Source: Antedon mediterranea (lineage: Eukaryota; Animalia; Echinodermata). Taken from it: a stretch of 64,000 bases of DNA. Positions 1 through 14,300 of this stretch are shown piece by piece (the stretch's first letter is position 1; every line of letters starts with the position of its first letter). Position numbers and translations under genes: made by a program. The stretch covers positions 15,518,871 to 15,582,870 of the forward strand of contig NC_092676.1 of assembly GCF_964355755.1 (NCBI RefSeq), written 5' to 3'. A model generated the notes under the pieces. It was not told where the DNA came from. It worked only from the letters and a program-made list of their open reading frames with translations, and ran no database searches.

Positions 1-3000
1 GCAGTAAAAGAAAAATAAATAAACACAGTCATTGGTATTTCAATACGTGATAAGCTGTATTTCCCGTAGCCTACACGGTTAGGCCCTAATCATAACTAGA
101 AGAAATTATACTTACTTAACATATAGAGAAATGGCTAACTAGACTTCTAAACTGAATTGGGTAACGATCATAACGACCCGTTTGTTTTATGCACTAAACA
201 GTGTTTGCAAAGCTAATGATCTCTGGCACATTTATATATTAAACGTTAAATTAAATAAAAAACTTACTATGGCAAATTAGATTTTGAGAAAAGAAACAAC
301 GGAAATTATATATGGCCATGTTGTTTGCGAGATATTAGGGTTTGGTCTAGTCTCACGACACTGAGTGCATACTAGCAAGGATAACTTCACTGTGCACTGT
401 ACAGTACAACCCAAAGGTTACACGATAGCACTATCTATGTCATTTGTTTTTTCAGTATACTTAGATATATCTTACATAGATATTTTGTGAAAATATAGGC
501 CTATTAAACATGATGAGCATGAAGCGAAGAAGATTACTACTGTCTATTGATAATATTAAAGTCGTTGTTATTGGCATGTTATAGATTATTCCAAACACAA
601 GTGAGAACTGTTCTGCACAACTGCGTTTTCATGTTGAAGCGAACAATTTTCCACTGGGTATTCCGTTTACAATTAAAGTTGCACGGTTGGCTAGGAAATG
701 TATCCATCCTGCATATTTTAGGTCACTAGTTCGGTCCTCTGGAGGATCATAATTGTTTTATTCTTAATCTGATTTCATATTTTTATTTATTGTTGGCGGC
801 AATTTCTTTTATGTTTTTTTTTTCTGATAATGATGAATCACATGTATCAACACATACCGTAGATACATAAACATATCATTATACATATATCACTATTATA
901 AAATATCTATCCATGGACAACAAGCAAAGGTTAATATTAGATTATTCAAATTAATAATGCGCTTTGCTAATTAATTTAATTTCTTTTGTTTTTTTTTTAT
1001 TTTACTACTGGTAACTCGTCAAAATTCCACATTAAATGTTGTTGGTCTAAACAATTACATCCTATATTAACTAAGATATACTGACTCTCTAAAACATCAT
1101 CTTCCTTCAGGTCATGATCATATTACATTCGTAAAATGCCACGTGCATTCGATATTAACAACTTGTACTGATCATAATTCTTGATTCTTTGTTTTATGAT
1201 ACGGCCATGTTTCGTTGAGAAATTTTCGTGCACCACCGGTTTCCAGTTCAGCTTAAGTACCTTCCATTTACCCACTGGCAACAATCTGTAGTACCATGAA
1301 GGTTCGAGTAGTAGCACCTAATACATGAGAACGACAGTTCTGCTAGCTGTTTAGCAACCACACGTATAGCATTATAATGCTTTATTATGCAGTTATTAGT
1401 TATGCCAACATGTTACTTTTTTGGTTAGTGGCAAGTAGTTTTTAATAATCCATGATGCTCTATTTAATATTACGTACAAGGATGGACGGGCCTCAGGAAA
1501 TACAGAAACAATTTAATCTATTCTTAAGTCAATTCTTAAACAATAAAGATGACAATAATTGTGAGGAGTTCCATATTTTAACAGATATTAAAACCTAGAA
1601 TTGTAATGCCATTCTGCATGATTCGGTGATATCTTGTGAATATCCACAGTAGACACAGGACTAATAAATCTAACTTACTGTTATATTTGTAGTTTTAATG
1701 TATAGAATTGATGATTAATATTGTTTTATAAGATTTCTCTGACATTATAATTAGAAAAGTGCACTGTATTTGCCATTTCTAAAATTAACCGACACCTTCA
1801 GAGAGTAGACATATTATGTGTCAAAATTATTCATTGAACCAGCCGGATAAAAAGCTTGCTGAGCAATTCCAACTGACATGTTTGCATTACTTTGTTCGAA
1901 AAACACAGTGTTGGAGTATATCAAACTTTAATCTAACATGAATAAGCGCCTTCAAATATTGACAGCGCATAGGTTACAGCGTGTTCATTAAATATTTGCC
2001 AAGTGTAGCGACGGGTTGGTAATGTTCGCTCCGATTTAAAAAGTAAAGATATGTAATTACCGACTATTACTTGAATTTCTTACTAATAATCGCCAAATGA
2101 AACAGATACCACGACTGCCGACTAATATTGATCGAGTGAATCTTGACTTCTTTAAAAGCAAATTTTGATGACATGATTCTGGACAAGGTGTTGTAAAATG
2201 AACAAAACTAAAGTTTATGCGATAATAAACGCGTGTGATGTCTTAAATGATGCGAATTAATAAAATAAAACTACTGATAAAAGTTGTTGTTGATAAGCTA
2301 CGCCCTACTTTGTGATACGATAATATGATATGAAATAATGTGTAATCATTATAATATGGATGGAGCCGAATAAGATGAATGAATATGGTAATAATAATAA
2401 TATAAGGGATAGAAATATACAGTAACAAAACACTTGCACCACAATTTATGTTAAAGGTAAGGAAGATGAATGGATGAGAAATATCATACTGATAATGATG
2501 AAACAATAGTAATATGTCAATGAAGATGCTAATGATGATTATGATGATGACATTTTAAATCAATGGTTTGGCGTAAATATACATAATTAGATGAGCCAGG
2601 ACAATACAAGGCCGTACAACTTTACAAAATGTTTAAGTAGGTAAACATGTACTTTAAATTAATGTAATCATGTTGAAGAGGACTACATAGTATGCACTTA
2701 TCTTGGGCCGTCTTTGATTATAGACTCTTGTGGCTAACGTTCCATTAACAACAATTGTATTGATAATAACATAAACCATATCAATGAGTAGACTATGCAC
2801 AATGGACATGGAACGTCTTTAAATGTTTGCTATCATTTATCCAGACGTTACAAAGGAAAAGTTTGTGTAACCTCTGGATGTGGACTGAACCATAAGTCCA
2901 GCACTGATATTGATCGAGTGTATGCTGAAGAAAAAACTCTTCCTCCGGCGCTATATCATTTGATCTAGTTTATACGAAAATGTGCTTCTTTCAGCTAACT

Positions 3001-6000
3001 ACTATCGTGACTTGATATTATCTTTGGAATAATCTCATGAATGTCTTGAAATTCGGTTAATAGTGTTCGGAAATTGTGATAAAATACAAACGAATGAACT
3101 CATTATAAAGCGATAATAGATCATTTCTGCAAGTAAATCAAACTTGGGTTTGTCTGTCTATTGACTATAGAAATGTAGTCTGTCTTTCTGGTTGAACTAG
3201 ACATTCAGTAGGATTGCAGTTGAAATATAAGCCTATTATACATTATGCAAGACTGAGTGAAACTAATGTGTGATATTTTAGTCGCGTGCAAGCGCGACTC
3301 TGCAGCTCACTATGCCGGTATGTTGGTCGGTCAGTCGGTAAACACTCAAAAAAAGATATACCTTTTTAAATAAAATGAGTTTTAATTGAAAAAATGAATA
3401 TAGTAATTAAATTAAACAATAGAGATATGAGATGACTGTTAACTATTATTACAATAGTGTCACAATTGTTATTAGTGTTTAATTTCACGATGATTAAAAA
3501 ACGTTAAAAATGTAATAAAGTGAATGTTTATTTAACATCGTAAGGAAGTCTCCAAGCTTTCACATCGGTCTAGTATTCAGGTATTTTATAAATTCATTTT
3601 CGACTCATATTATCTTTTTTTTTTGCTCTGTTTACAAACTTGAGAAACTATTCCACTGAGAATTATCTCAAACAACATGTTGCAATTGAGAAGGTCACCT
3701 GTGGGAATGATTTGCATCCTCAAAGTAATTAACTGTTCATTTAGACCTGACATAGCACAAACTCGCTGCTAATTATGTACATGAAAATATTGACGAATTT
3801 AAAGGGCATAGTTCAAGTTATATAAGTATTATTTTAGGTTGTATGTCTCACATTTTTGGGGGATATCACTTTTATTTTTTATGTAGAAAAAATGTAAACA
3901 AACACTCACAATATTCAGAACAAAATAATGTGAAAAATAAAAATGTGTTAAAAATAACCTTGAGAAAAAGTTATACGATTTATGGAAATGGGGCACACGT
4001 TGCTGCTCAAAAATCATGATTAAAATTAACTAAAACATGAAGTCAATAAAACATTGTTTTGAACTACAATTCAAAGTAATTATATTATAATGTCATTATT
4101 CGGTTATATTCGGTGGCACGATTAGGGCTATATTTTCTTTAAAACAATGCGTTACTATTTGCTGATTGAAACTATAAAAGTGCTTATTACAGCATTTATC
4201 ACTGCCCCAACAAATGTTACGTTAATCACCATTAAACTAAATGAGTTTTATTTGCAATTTACTTTTTAAGCGACATGCGGAATTTATTACCAGAGACCAA
4301 TAAATAAATCGCCTTTAGTTTATTAGTACTTTACGGTAAATCGCATTCAATACTACTAGATTTTATGATCTAAAGACAATTTCAGTTTTAATATTATTTA
4401 AGATAGGTAAACTGTTTACAATTTGTGTGTAAACGATTTATTTATTTATTCTGCATGTGATAACATGTTTAGTGTCCCAGTACTGATTTTTTTTAATGGA
4501 TCATGGATACGCATAATCTACATTATGTAGGAAAAACATAAAAAGGTACAAAAGCATTCAAAATAAGATATAAAATATTAATTTTTAAAATAAAAATGGT
4601 TCAATAAAAAGCAAAAGATGTGAAATAAAAAAAAAAAGTTGTAAAGACAATTCATTGAATTTAGTTTGGAAATAGTGTATTTACTTCGTGTGTCACTAGA
4701 AATTGCAATGAAACATAATCGACGATGATGCAACAAAGATATAGTATAATGAACGACGACGCAATACGTTTTTGTTCTTTTACCAAATAAGACCTTGGAG
4801 TAGGAAAGGACGTTCGTAACCATATGAAGTAAACTAAAAAGGTAAAAGTGACAGATTAAAAAAGATCAATTGAAATAAAAATGATATTGATTCATAAAAC
4901 GTTATTTAGGTGTTGTTGTCAACGTTTAGTTACTATTTTACCTAAATGGTCTGTATGTTGTTGATATTGAATCGCCAATACTTATTATCAAACATTTCCT
5001 ACTCAATAGATTTAGAATTTCCTGATCTTAACATGTTTTATCTTCTATGCATTATTGTTTGGCTAAACGATTCGACTCCATAAAGTGAGAATATTAATTG
5101 TAATTCCGGATTAAAAACATAAATAAAAATGTTGGAAAAATAACGAAATTGTATATGATCTCGATTTTACTTTATATATTTTCTGAATTTATAATTAGTA
5201 GGCAATATAAAATCTAAAATACCTTTTTTATTCTGAAAATTAGAAATTACGGTAACATAATGATCGCTGGATCCTTTATTATCTATTTATTATTATCAAA
5301 AATAAAAAAGAACCGCCATTAGCAGGTCGTGGGTATAATTACTTTCTTGTATTCAAATCAACAGTCAATATCCGATACAATAAATAATATAGGCACCTCA
5401 CACTAGGTAACGTATTGTTTATATTTCATATACACGGATTAAAGACGATACAATTGTGACAGCAGGCGTTAAATGCTAATTTGAAACCTTGAACTGTTTT
5501 TAGATAGCTTTTCGAAGATAAGGTTTGCCTCATTCCAATACAAAAGTAATTTGAATGATAGACATGTGTGTAACGAGAATCATAAAGCTCTATTTGAATA
5601 AGACACTATATGAATACAGCATATACATAACATATATTAATTTTTAAAATTTGAAGAAAAAATGTAATTTGAAATTGTACATATATGTTACAATAATTAA
5701 AGGCTGATTAATAATCTCTCTATTTTATGTATTTGAAATATGTTTTAATTCAATTAAAAGTCAAAATCTTTATTTTTATTAGACTGGTCTGTTGGGCGAG
5801 ACATGCCTAAATAATGCAACTTTTTTTAATATATATATAATCTTAAACAATTCTTACGAAATATTATTATAAACCTAAATTGTCATTTTTAATATGTTAT
5901 AGGCCTAATATAATAATATAATTACTATGATGATTGAATTAAATAAAAACATGATTATTAACTTGAATAAACACTATATAAACCAATTTTCACACAGCTA

Positions 6001-7039
6001 TAGGAATGTTTACAGTTATTTACAAACACTTGAAAGAGAAATGATAACATTTGTGGTTTCCACTATAAAAAGAAAGGTTATAAATTAGAGAATACATTAT
6101 ATTTAACGTACCAATTAACCATGAACAACAACAACATAATGTTTTTGTAACTTTTTACACAAATTTGTGAATTAAGATTGCACGGTTTTCAGAGTACAAC
6201 AGGCCTAGATAATCAGTATTCCCTACACTTTCAATGACATGGAGTTGTCTCTCCCAAGATGTGGTATGGCAGGCTTACTGTACTGTACAGTATTAAATAA
6301 GCCTACGTTTGATCCTTTAATGTAGTATATTCTAGATTTATTTATCTATTATGGACTGCTACAGTATGTATCCAAGATGTACTAAAGATCAAACCATCTT
6401 AAGCTAATCGGATCGACTGTTCATTCATGACTTACTCTGTCCCCATAGGACTCTATACGAAAATACATGCGCCATCGAGATTTTGTAAATTAAATAATTT
6501 CCCGGGGGAAAATACGATTAGCTGCGGTCGGCGATCGGTGTTGTCTTCTGAAAGGTTATTGGGACGATAATTACAAATTGGAGTGGATTAAATGACCTGG
6601 CTTAAGAAATTTAATCACATTTCAAATTAAAATTATAGGAATGTTTAGACTATTGCATAGAAAGAAAACATATGATCAGTGAATAGTGTGACTGTAATGA
6701 GCAATTCATTGCTGATCCTGCCGGTTGTCATGTTACTACTGATACTTTGTGCATTTAACCATATTTAATATTATTATTGTTGTTTCTGCCTTGCAATGTT
6801 ATATATACTAAAGCGATGGGGAGAGGGGAGTCTCATCCCTTTGCACAAACATATTATCCTCGAAATAATTATTTGTATTTAAATCAAGTGCTCTTTTGTA
6901 TATTAGCCTGTTATCTCTATATATTCAACAACTGAAACCGTGTAGCCAACCCATAAGCCACCGGCTGATTGGAAGTTACATGTTATAAACACAGAAACAT
7001 AAAGCAACATGTGAATGATATAATAAACTTTACCCAAGA

Positions 7040-9930
7040 AACCACCTGAAAGAAAGTGGTATGTTATAAACCAAGAAACAAAAGCAACCAGTCTGCTGAA
7101 CGTGGTATGTCAAACCTAGAAGCAACCACCCGGATAAAAGTGGTATGTTATAACATTAGAAGAAACCAGCCTGGTGAAAGTGGTATGTTATAGGACTAAA
7201 CCTAGAAGCAACCAGTCGGATGAAAGTGGTATGTAATAAACCTAAAAGCAACCAGCCCGGTGAAAGTGGTATGTTATAGGACTAAACCTAGAAGCAACCA
7301 GTCGGATGAAAGTGGTATGTAATAAACCTAAAAGCAACCAGCCTGGTGATAGTGGTATGTTATGAACCTAGAAGCAACCAGCCTGGTGAACGTGGTATGT
7401 AATAAACCTAGAAGCAGCCAGCCTGGTGAAAGTGGTATGTAATAAACCTAGAGGCAACCAGTCGGGTGAAAGTGGTATGTAATAAACCTAGAAGCAACCA
7501 GCCTGGTGAAAGTGGTATGTAATAAACCTAGAAGCAACCAGCCTGGTGAAAGTGGTATGTAATAAACCTAGAAGCAACCAGCCTGGTGAAAGTGGTAGGT
7601 AATAAACCTAGAAGCAACCAGTCGGGTGAAACTGGTAGGTAATAAACCTAGAAGCAACCAGCCGGGTGAAAGTGGTATGTAATAAACCTAGAAGCAACCA
7701 GTCGGGTGAAAGTGGTATGTTATGAACCTAGAAGAAACCAGCCTGGTGAAAGTGGTATGTAATAAACCTAGAAGCAACCAGCCGGGTGAAAGTGGTAGGT
7801 AATAAACCTAGAAGCAACCAGCCGGGTGAAATTGGTATGTAATAAACCTAGAAGCAACCAGTCGGGTGAAAGTGGTAGGTAATAAACCTAGAAGCAACCA
7901 GTCGGATGAAAGTGGTATGTAATAAACCTAGAAGCAACCAGTCGGGTGAAAGTGGTATGTAATAAACCTAGAAGCAACCAGCCTGGTGAAAGTGGTATGT
8001 AATAAACCTAGAAGCAACCAGCCGGGTGAAAGTGGTATGTAATAAACCTAGAAGCAACCAGTCGGGTGAAAGTGGTATGTAATATACCTAAAAAGCAACC
8101 AGCCTCGTGAAAGTGGTATGTAATAAACCTAGAAGCAACCAGCCTGGTGAAAGTGGTATGTTATGAACCTAGAAGAAACCAGCCTGGTGAAAGTGGTATG
8201 TAATAAACCTAGAAGCAACCAGCCTGGTGAAAGTGGTAGGTAATAAACCTAGAAGCAACCAGCCTGGTAAAAGGGATATGTAATAAACCTAGAAGCAACC
8301 AGCCTGATGAAAGTGGTATGTAATTAACATATAAGCAACCAGTCGGATGAAAGTGGTATGTAATAAACATAGAAGCAACCAGTCGGGTGAAAGTGGTATG
8401 TAATAAACCTAGAAGCAAACAGCCGGGTAAAAGTGGTATGTAATAAACCTAGAAGCAACCAGTCGGGTGAAAGTGGTAGGTAATAAACATATAAGCAACC
8501 AGTCGGATGAAAGTGGTATGTAATAAACATAGAAGCAACCAGTCGGGTGAAAGTGGTATGTAATAAACCTAGAAGCAACCAGCCGGGTGAAAGTGGTATG
8601 TAATAAACCTAGAAGCAACCAGCCGGGTGAAAGTGGTAGGTAATAAACCTAGAAGCAACCAGCCGGGTGAAAGTGGTATGTAATAAACCTAGAAGCAACC
8701 AGCCGGGTGAAAGTGGTATGTAATAAACCTAGAAGCAACCAGTCGGGTGAAAGTGGTATGTAATAAACCTAGAAGCAACCAGTCGGGTGAAAGTGGTATG
8801 TAATAAACCTAGAAGCAACCAGCCGGGTGAAAGTGGTATGTAATAAACCTAGAAGCAACCAGTTGGGTGAAAGTGGTATGTAATAAACCTAGAAGCAACC
8901 AGCCGGGTGAAAGTGGTATGTAATAAACCTAGAAGCAACCAGCCTGGTGAAAGTGATATGTAATCAACCTATAAGCAACCAGTCGGGTGAAAGTGGTATG
9001 TAATAAACCTAGAAGCAACCAGTTGGGTGAAAGTGGTATGTAATAAACCTAGAAGCAACCAGTTGGGTGAAAGTGGTATGTAATAAACCTAGAAGCAACC
9101 AGCCTGGTGAAAGTGGTATGTAATAAACCTATAAGCAACCAGTCGGGTGAAAGTGGTATGTAATAAACATAGAAGCAACCTGCCGGGTGAAAGTGGTATG
9201 TTATGAACCTATAAGCAACCTGCCGGGTGAAAGTGGTATGTTATAAACCTAGAAGCAACCAGCCTGGTGAAAGTGGTATGTAATAAACCTAGAAGCAACC
9301 AGTTGGGTGAAAGTGGTATGTAATAAACCTAGAAGCAACCAGTCGGGTGAAAGTGGTATGTAATAAACCTAGAAGCAACCAGCCTGGTGAAAGTGGTATG
9401 TAATAAACCTAGAAGCAACCAGTTGGGTGAAAGTGGTATGTAATAAACCTAGAAGCAACCAGTCGGGTGAAAGTGGTATGTAATAAACCTAGAAGCAACC
9501 GGCCGGGTGAAAGTGGTAGGTAATAAACCTAGAAGCAACCTGCCGGGTGAAAGTGGTATGTAATAAACCTAGAAGCAACCAGCCTGGTGAAAGTGGTATG
9601 TAATAAACCTAGAAGCAACCTGCCGGGTAAAAGTGGTATGTAATAAACCTAGAAGCAACCAGTCTGGTGAAAGTGGTATGTAATAAACATAAAAGCAACC
9701 AGCCTGGTGAAGTGGTATGTTATAACATTAGAAGGAAGCAGCCTGGTGAAAGTGGTATATTATATACTTATAAGGATCCAGCCTGGTGAAAGTGGAATGG
9801 CCTAAATCTAGAAGCAACCAGCCTGATTAAAGTTTTATGTTATAAACTTAGAAGCAACCTAGAGGTAAAAGTGGTATGTTAAAAACTTAGAAGGAGCCAG
9901 ACAGGTGAAAGTAGTATGTTATAAACCCAA
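7040..9930. repeat. 40-bp tandem satellite/minisatellite, about 70 copies (TAATAAACCTAGAAGCAACCAGCCTGGTGAAAGTGGTATG)
   Basis: Visible 40-bp periodicity; homogeneous core at about 7300-9700 with degenerate edges. Confidence 0.97.
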
Positions 9931-11293
9931 ACAGAAATGATGCAGCGAGTGAAAGCTGTGTAGAATAAAACCATTCGAAGCATCCAGGAGAAACCTAATT
10001 GGATAATCCCAGAAATATAACACAGAAGCAAGCAGAAAGTGATACTCGTGGTAAACCCAGATGCAATCAACTGGTAATAATGTAATTGTGGAAACCCAAA
10101 ATTATGACAATGGTATACATTTAAGAAGCAACCATCGATGAATAAAGCACCCAACAAGGTGACAATTGAAAGAGCTATGGTTAATTGATGTTAACAAATC
10201 AAGACTGGGATGACCAGATCTCACCTTGTCATGTCTCCTAACGGCACATGGATCCCGTATTCTGATAATTCATACGGGCCACTCTGTATTTATTTTCTAA
10301 TATTCAAGTTTTATTATTTCATTCTGTCATCTTTCTCTTCAACAAAACTTGCAGGAATTCGAAACATCGAGTGAAGATTAAAGTTATTATTAGACTTAGA
10401 CTAATGAGATGGTGATTTACGACAAACAATTTCATTTATTGAGATTATTGCTTATTATCGCATACTAAACAAAACATTCTTTGCAAATTTTCTTTTCTAT
10501 AATTTTCACGACATGCAGTCGGTTTGCAATTAAAATAAATCATTCTCTTTCTTTATTTCAGAATTCCGTAAGCCTTATCTGTGAAGTACCAACACATCAC
10601 GCATTGAATAAATTTGAATACACACGACTATTTGGCACCTACACTCATTAATGCATTGACCTATATTGAAATAGTTGAATTCAAAAGCAATATTCGTTAT
10701 TATTTTTACCAATTAGTTTTACTTTACGGTCAAATTGTTTCACTTTCATACAAGAAATATATGGCATGCCACTAACCTAACGTGAAACCTTTTTTAAATT
10801 AAGCATTACGAGACAGTTTAGGTGGGCGAAGTTTTCCAATTGTTCTTTTTTATATAGTGTACAATATTGGATTGAGATTTTATATTTTCTATCGATTGAC
10901 AACATTAATTAATTAATTATGGTTTAATTAAGGTTGAGTTGGAAAATAACAATGCCCAGACCATCGATAATTGGACTGGGATGGCTGACGAGAGAGTTCT
11001 AATGCATATCTAGCAAAGTCGTTCTCTTAAAACTTGTTTTTCCATTTCATTTGCGTATTATAAAATATCCAAAGACCTTTTGTTGATTTGATTTGATTGT
11101 GTGCCTAAAGTGTATTAGGCCTGCCGTGTACTATCTAAAGTTCCCGTATGTGAAATCGAAATGATATTATTGCTCTTTTTCTGCTTTTTAGGAAAGTTGT
11201 TTCATTTTCTTTACCAGGTTATGTATCTGAAGGTCATGTTCTATTCAGGAAGCAAGACCAAGCCAATTTAAAGGTCACGTTCAGGTGTAGTTA

Positions 11294-11397
11294 TTTACTC
11301 GGGTAAGTTGACATTGCTAACTTTAGTGCATACCGACTTACCCGGGTAAGTTGACTTCATTGCTAACTTCAGTGAATACCGATTTACCCGGGTAAAC
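11294..11397. repeat. Short tandem repeat (43-46 bp, about 2.3 copies) built on the palindrome TTACCCGGGTAA
   Basis: Three TTAC(C/T)CGGGTAA palindromes separated by near-identical spacers. Confidence 0.7.
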
Positions 11398-14300
11398 TAA
11401 GAAGCAGTTTCTCAAACTCCAGTGTATTATTAGGCTTATATGGGGGACCCAATGAGGGTCGTTGATTGGCTGGTTGGTTCTGATGTTAATAGAAGTAGGC
11501 CTACCAATCTTAATACATAAATAAGTTGTAGTATAAAGTGGATTATTGTAAAAGAACCGTAGCTACCTATATACATTAGAAAGCATTTAATATATCATAA
11601 ATTGATTAGCAAGACTAGTTACTATAACATAATATTGAATATGTATACACTATATGATAAATGATACCTACAAAATCACGCACTGGAAATTCTAGTATTA
11701 ATTTATTTCTAATCATGTCATAGAATAATTGTTGACAAGAGTGTTCATTAAAACCACGTGATTTGCATCGCTTCGTTCTATATACTTTTATAGAGGTATT
11801 AATACAAAGCTGGCTTGCGTTTTGATGGATCTGTACAATGTCAAATTTAAAAGGTAATGCATATTTTAATTATTGTATTTTAGTGTATTTCTTACACAAT
11901 ACTTTTAACTTATTTTAGCTGATGGTCGATGTTTGTTTCCTAAACTTACCAGCCGATTATCGTCAGTGTCTTTTATAGGGACAATAAACTGCGAGTCTGA
12001 GATATTTCATATCAAGGGACGGCAACATGTTCATCCATAACACATATATTCATTTTTAGTGTATTTGAAAAAGAGACTCTATACAGAATGTATACCCATT
12101 TGAGACAAGAAACTGCACGGACTATATTGTATCTTTACATAATACCGTACAATATTCGGGTTGAATTTGATATTAAAGTGCTATTGTTTGTTATTGTATT
12201 TCTATTGCAATGAATACGATTATAATCAGATTACATAACGAAATAAGCAAATTGGCATATTGTTTTTCATTTGCTCACTTAATTGGGCTTTACGAGTTAA
12301 ACCTGAAATCAATATTTCTGTTATAAATGACCGTGAATTGACTTAAGGATTCGCTGTTTCCATTGCACATTATCTCAGACAATTATTCATTAAACAAATT
12401 CATATAAATAAATTATGATATTATCATTAAAAATATTTTCATCTGAACGATTACAGAAAGTTTGCACTTTATCCGCATAAAATCTACATAACTCTGAAGA
12501 AAATACCATAAAATACTACAGAACTATTTAAAGCAATTGATGTTTGTTTTGTCCGGTTCTACATGTGAAATATGACAGACCTACATTCGGTTTTTATCGT
12601 GATCAATTATTGATGTTTGGACTGCAGTTATGTCGTATTTACATGGAGTATATTCGCTGACGAGGACTTGTTTGCGCTTGACATGAGAGAAGTAATAAAT
12701 TGCTATACATAAACATCCCGAAGGAGTGCAAATCGACTTACTCGGAAGGCATAGGCATACTATTTGCATTTAGTGATTAAAAACCAAAGGTTATCAAATA
12801 GTAGTTAAATTCAAAAGGGAGATGATCATAAAATCGGCAGCTTCTTCCAAATCGAAACCAATCCGATTCGTTTCCGTTCGGAATCAAACCAAGGGCATCG
12901 ATTGATCATGTGTTAATATCTTGAGGATAAGTTTTCACAGTGGTGGAAAGAATGCCGAAATATTGTATCTCTCGTATCATTCGACAATGACGTAATGATG
13001 GCTTAATGTTGTCGACGTTAACAAGATTTTTTCTTATGACAAAAGACAACACCAGACGTGAAATACGGTACTTTTTGTATGTAGAACATCCTAAGTGTTT
13101 GTCCGTTGCCACCTTTAAGAACAGTGATTGAGAAAGAAAGAAAAAAGACACAAAAACTTGGTCACAGATAAGTAAATTGATAAATCTATTTGTAACAATC
13201 GTAGCATGTTACCATGCTGATATTATTGACCAAAACAAACAATTTGTACGAACAAATCAATTGACCAAGACATACAACTCGGAAATACATTGCCAACCAT
13301 ACTGTCACTCGAATACACAAGGAAAGTTTTAGGTACCAAAGACGTCCTTCTCAGTGTTTCAACGCCCGTGTTGTTCGTTTTTTTGTGGTTTTACTAATGA
13401 ACGTATTAAATATGTTATTTTATACAGTTATACTATTTTCAGTATGTCTTTTTATCTCAAAATATCCAAGCACACTTCGTCTCATTTTACTTTCTACGTC
13501 TCTGGAGCCACTAGGTAATCCCTTACTTTCATAGGTAATTGGATCGAATTAATGAAGCAGGACCGATCTACTTCCACTATGCATGAATCCAATATGCACT
13601 ATCAATATATAATTAATGAATTGGTAGACTCGGTTTGAATCTAGGGATTAAATAAATTGCAACGTATGAGATAACGTTTGAATAAGGTGTCTGACTAATA
13701 CTCTAGGCATGATAGTGATGATGAAAATGACGATAACACTTTCAATTGAAAAGAAAATGATGAAGATAATATTGATTTTGTATGGATGGCGAATACGAAA
13801 ATAATAATAATTTTAAAAAAGATAATTTGTGATGATACTGACAAGGACGTGTGAGTATTATGGTACCCTTTCGATGACGACCAAGCTGTTTTGTGGTCAG
13901 TATTGTATTTATAGTTATCAGAAAACGGACGGAAGTAAATTTAATTGAGGTTTTCAAATTATAAGATTTCCCGACGTATTCGTCACATCGAACGAATAAT
14001 AAAAATATTAATATTTATGAATTAATAGATTGTTGAGCTATAATATTGTTTGTGTATTATTCACTGCGATTATTTAAGCCTTTTAGGTATCGGAATTACC
14101 AAGGTTCGCTTTTAGGAGCCTATTAACACATTTATGTGGAATTACTTATAAATATTACAATATGATGAAGTTTATTGTAAGTGGTAAAACGTGACAGTCT
14201 GTGACATAATTGATGCGTCGTTTCTACCGAGTCTCTATGTCAACCGTATCATCATATTATTTCTTGTTGGGTGCCTTTTTTTGGTTAATATTTTATTACC

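Noticed and set aside
1123-1317. 64-aa - strand ORF preceded by TAG
   Set aside because: No motif, weak acceptor and no convincing in-frame link to other exons.
7040-9930. CRISPR-like appearance of regular short repeats (also at 25931, 28036 and 38908)
   Set aside because: The repeats are head-to-tail with no unique spacers, there are no cas genes, and the context is eukaryotic.
10225-10283. Possible - strand exon (SGPYELSEYGIHVPLGDMTR) ending in AAG|GTGAGA
   Set aside because: The donor is good but the acceptor lacks a pyrimidine tract, and splicing from the 20333 exon hits a stop. It could only be an alternative first exon, which is unsupported without RNA data.
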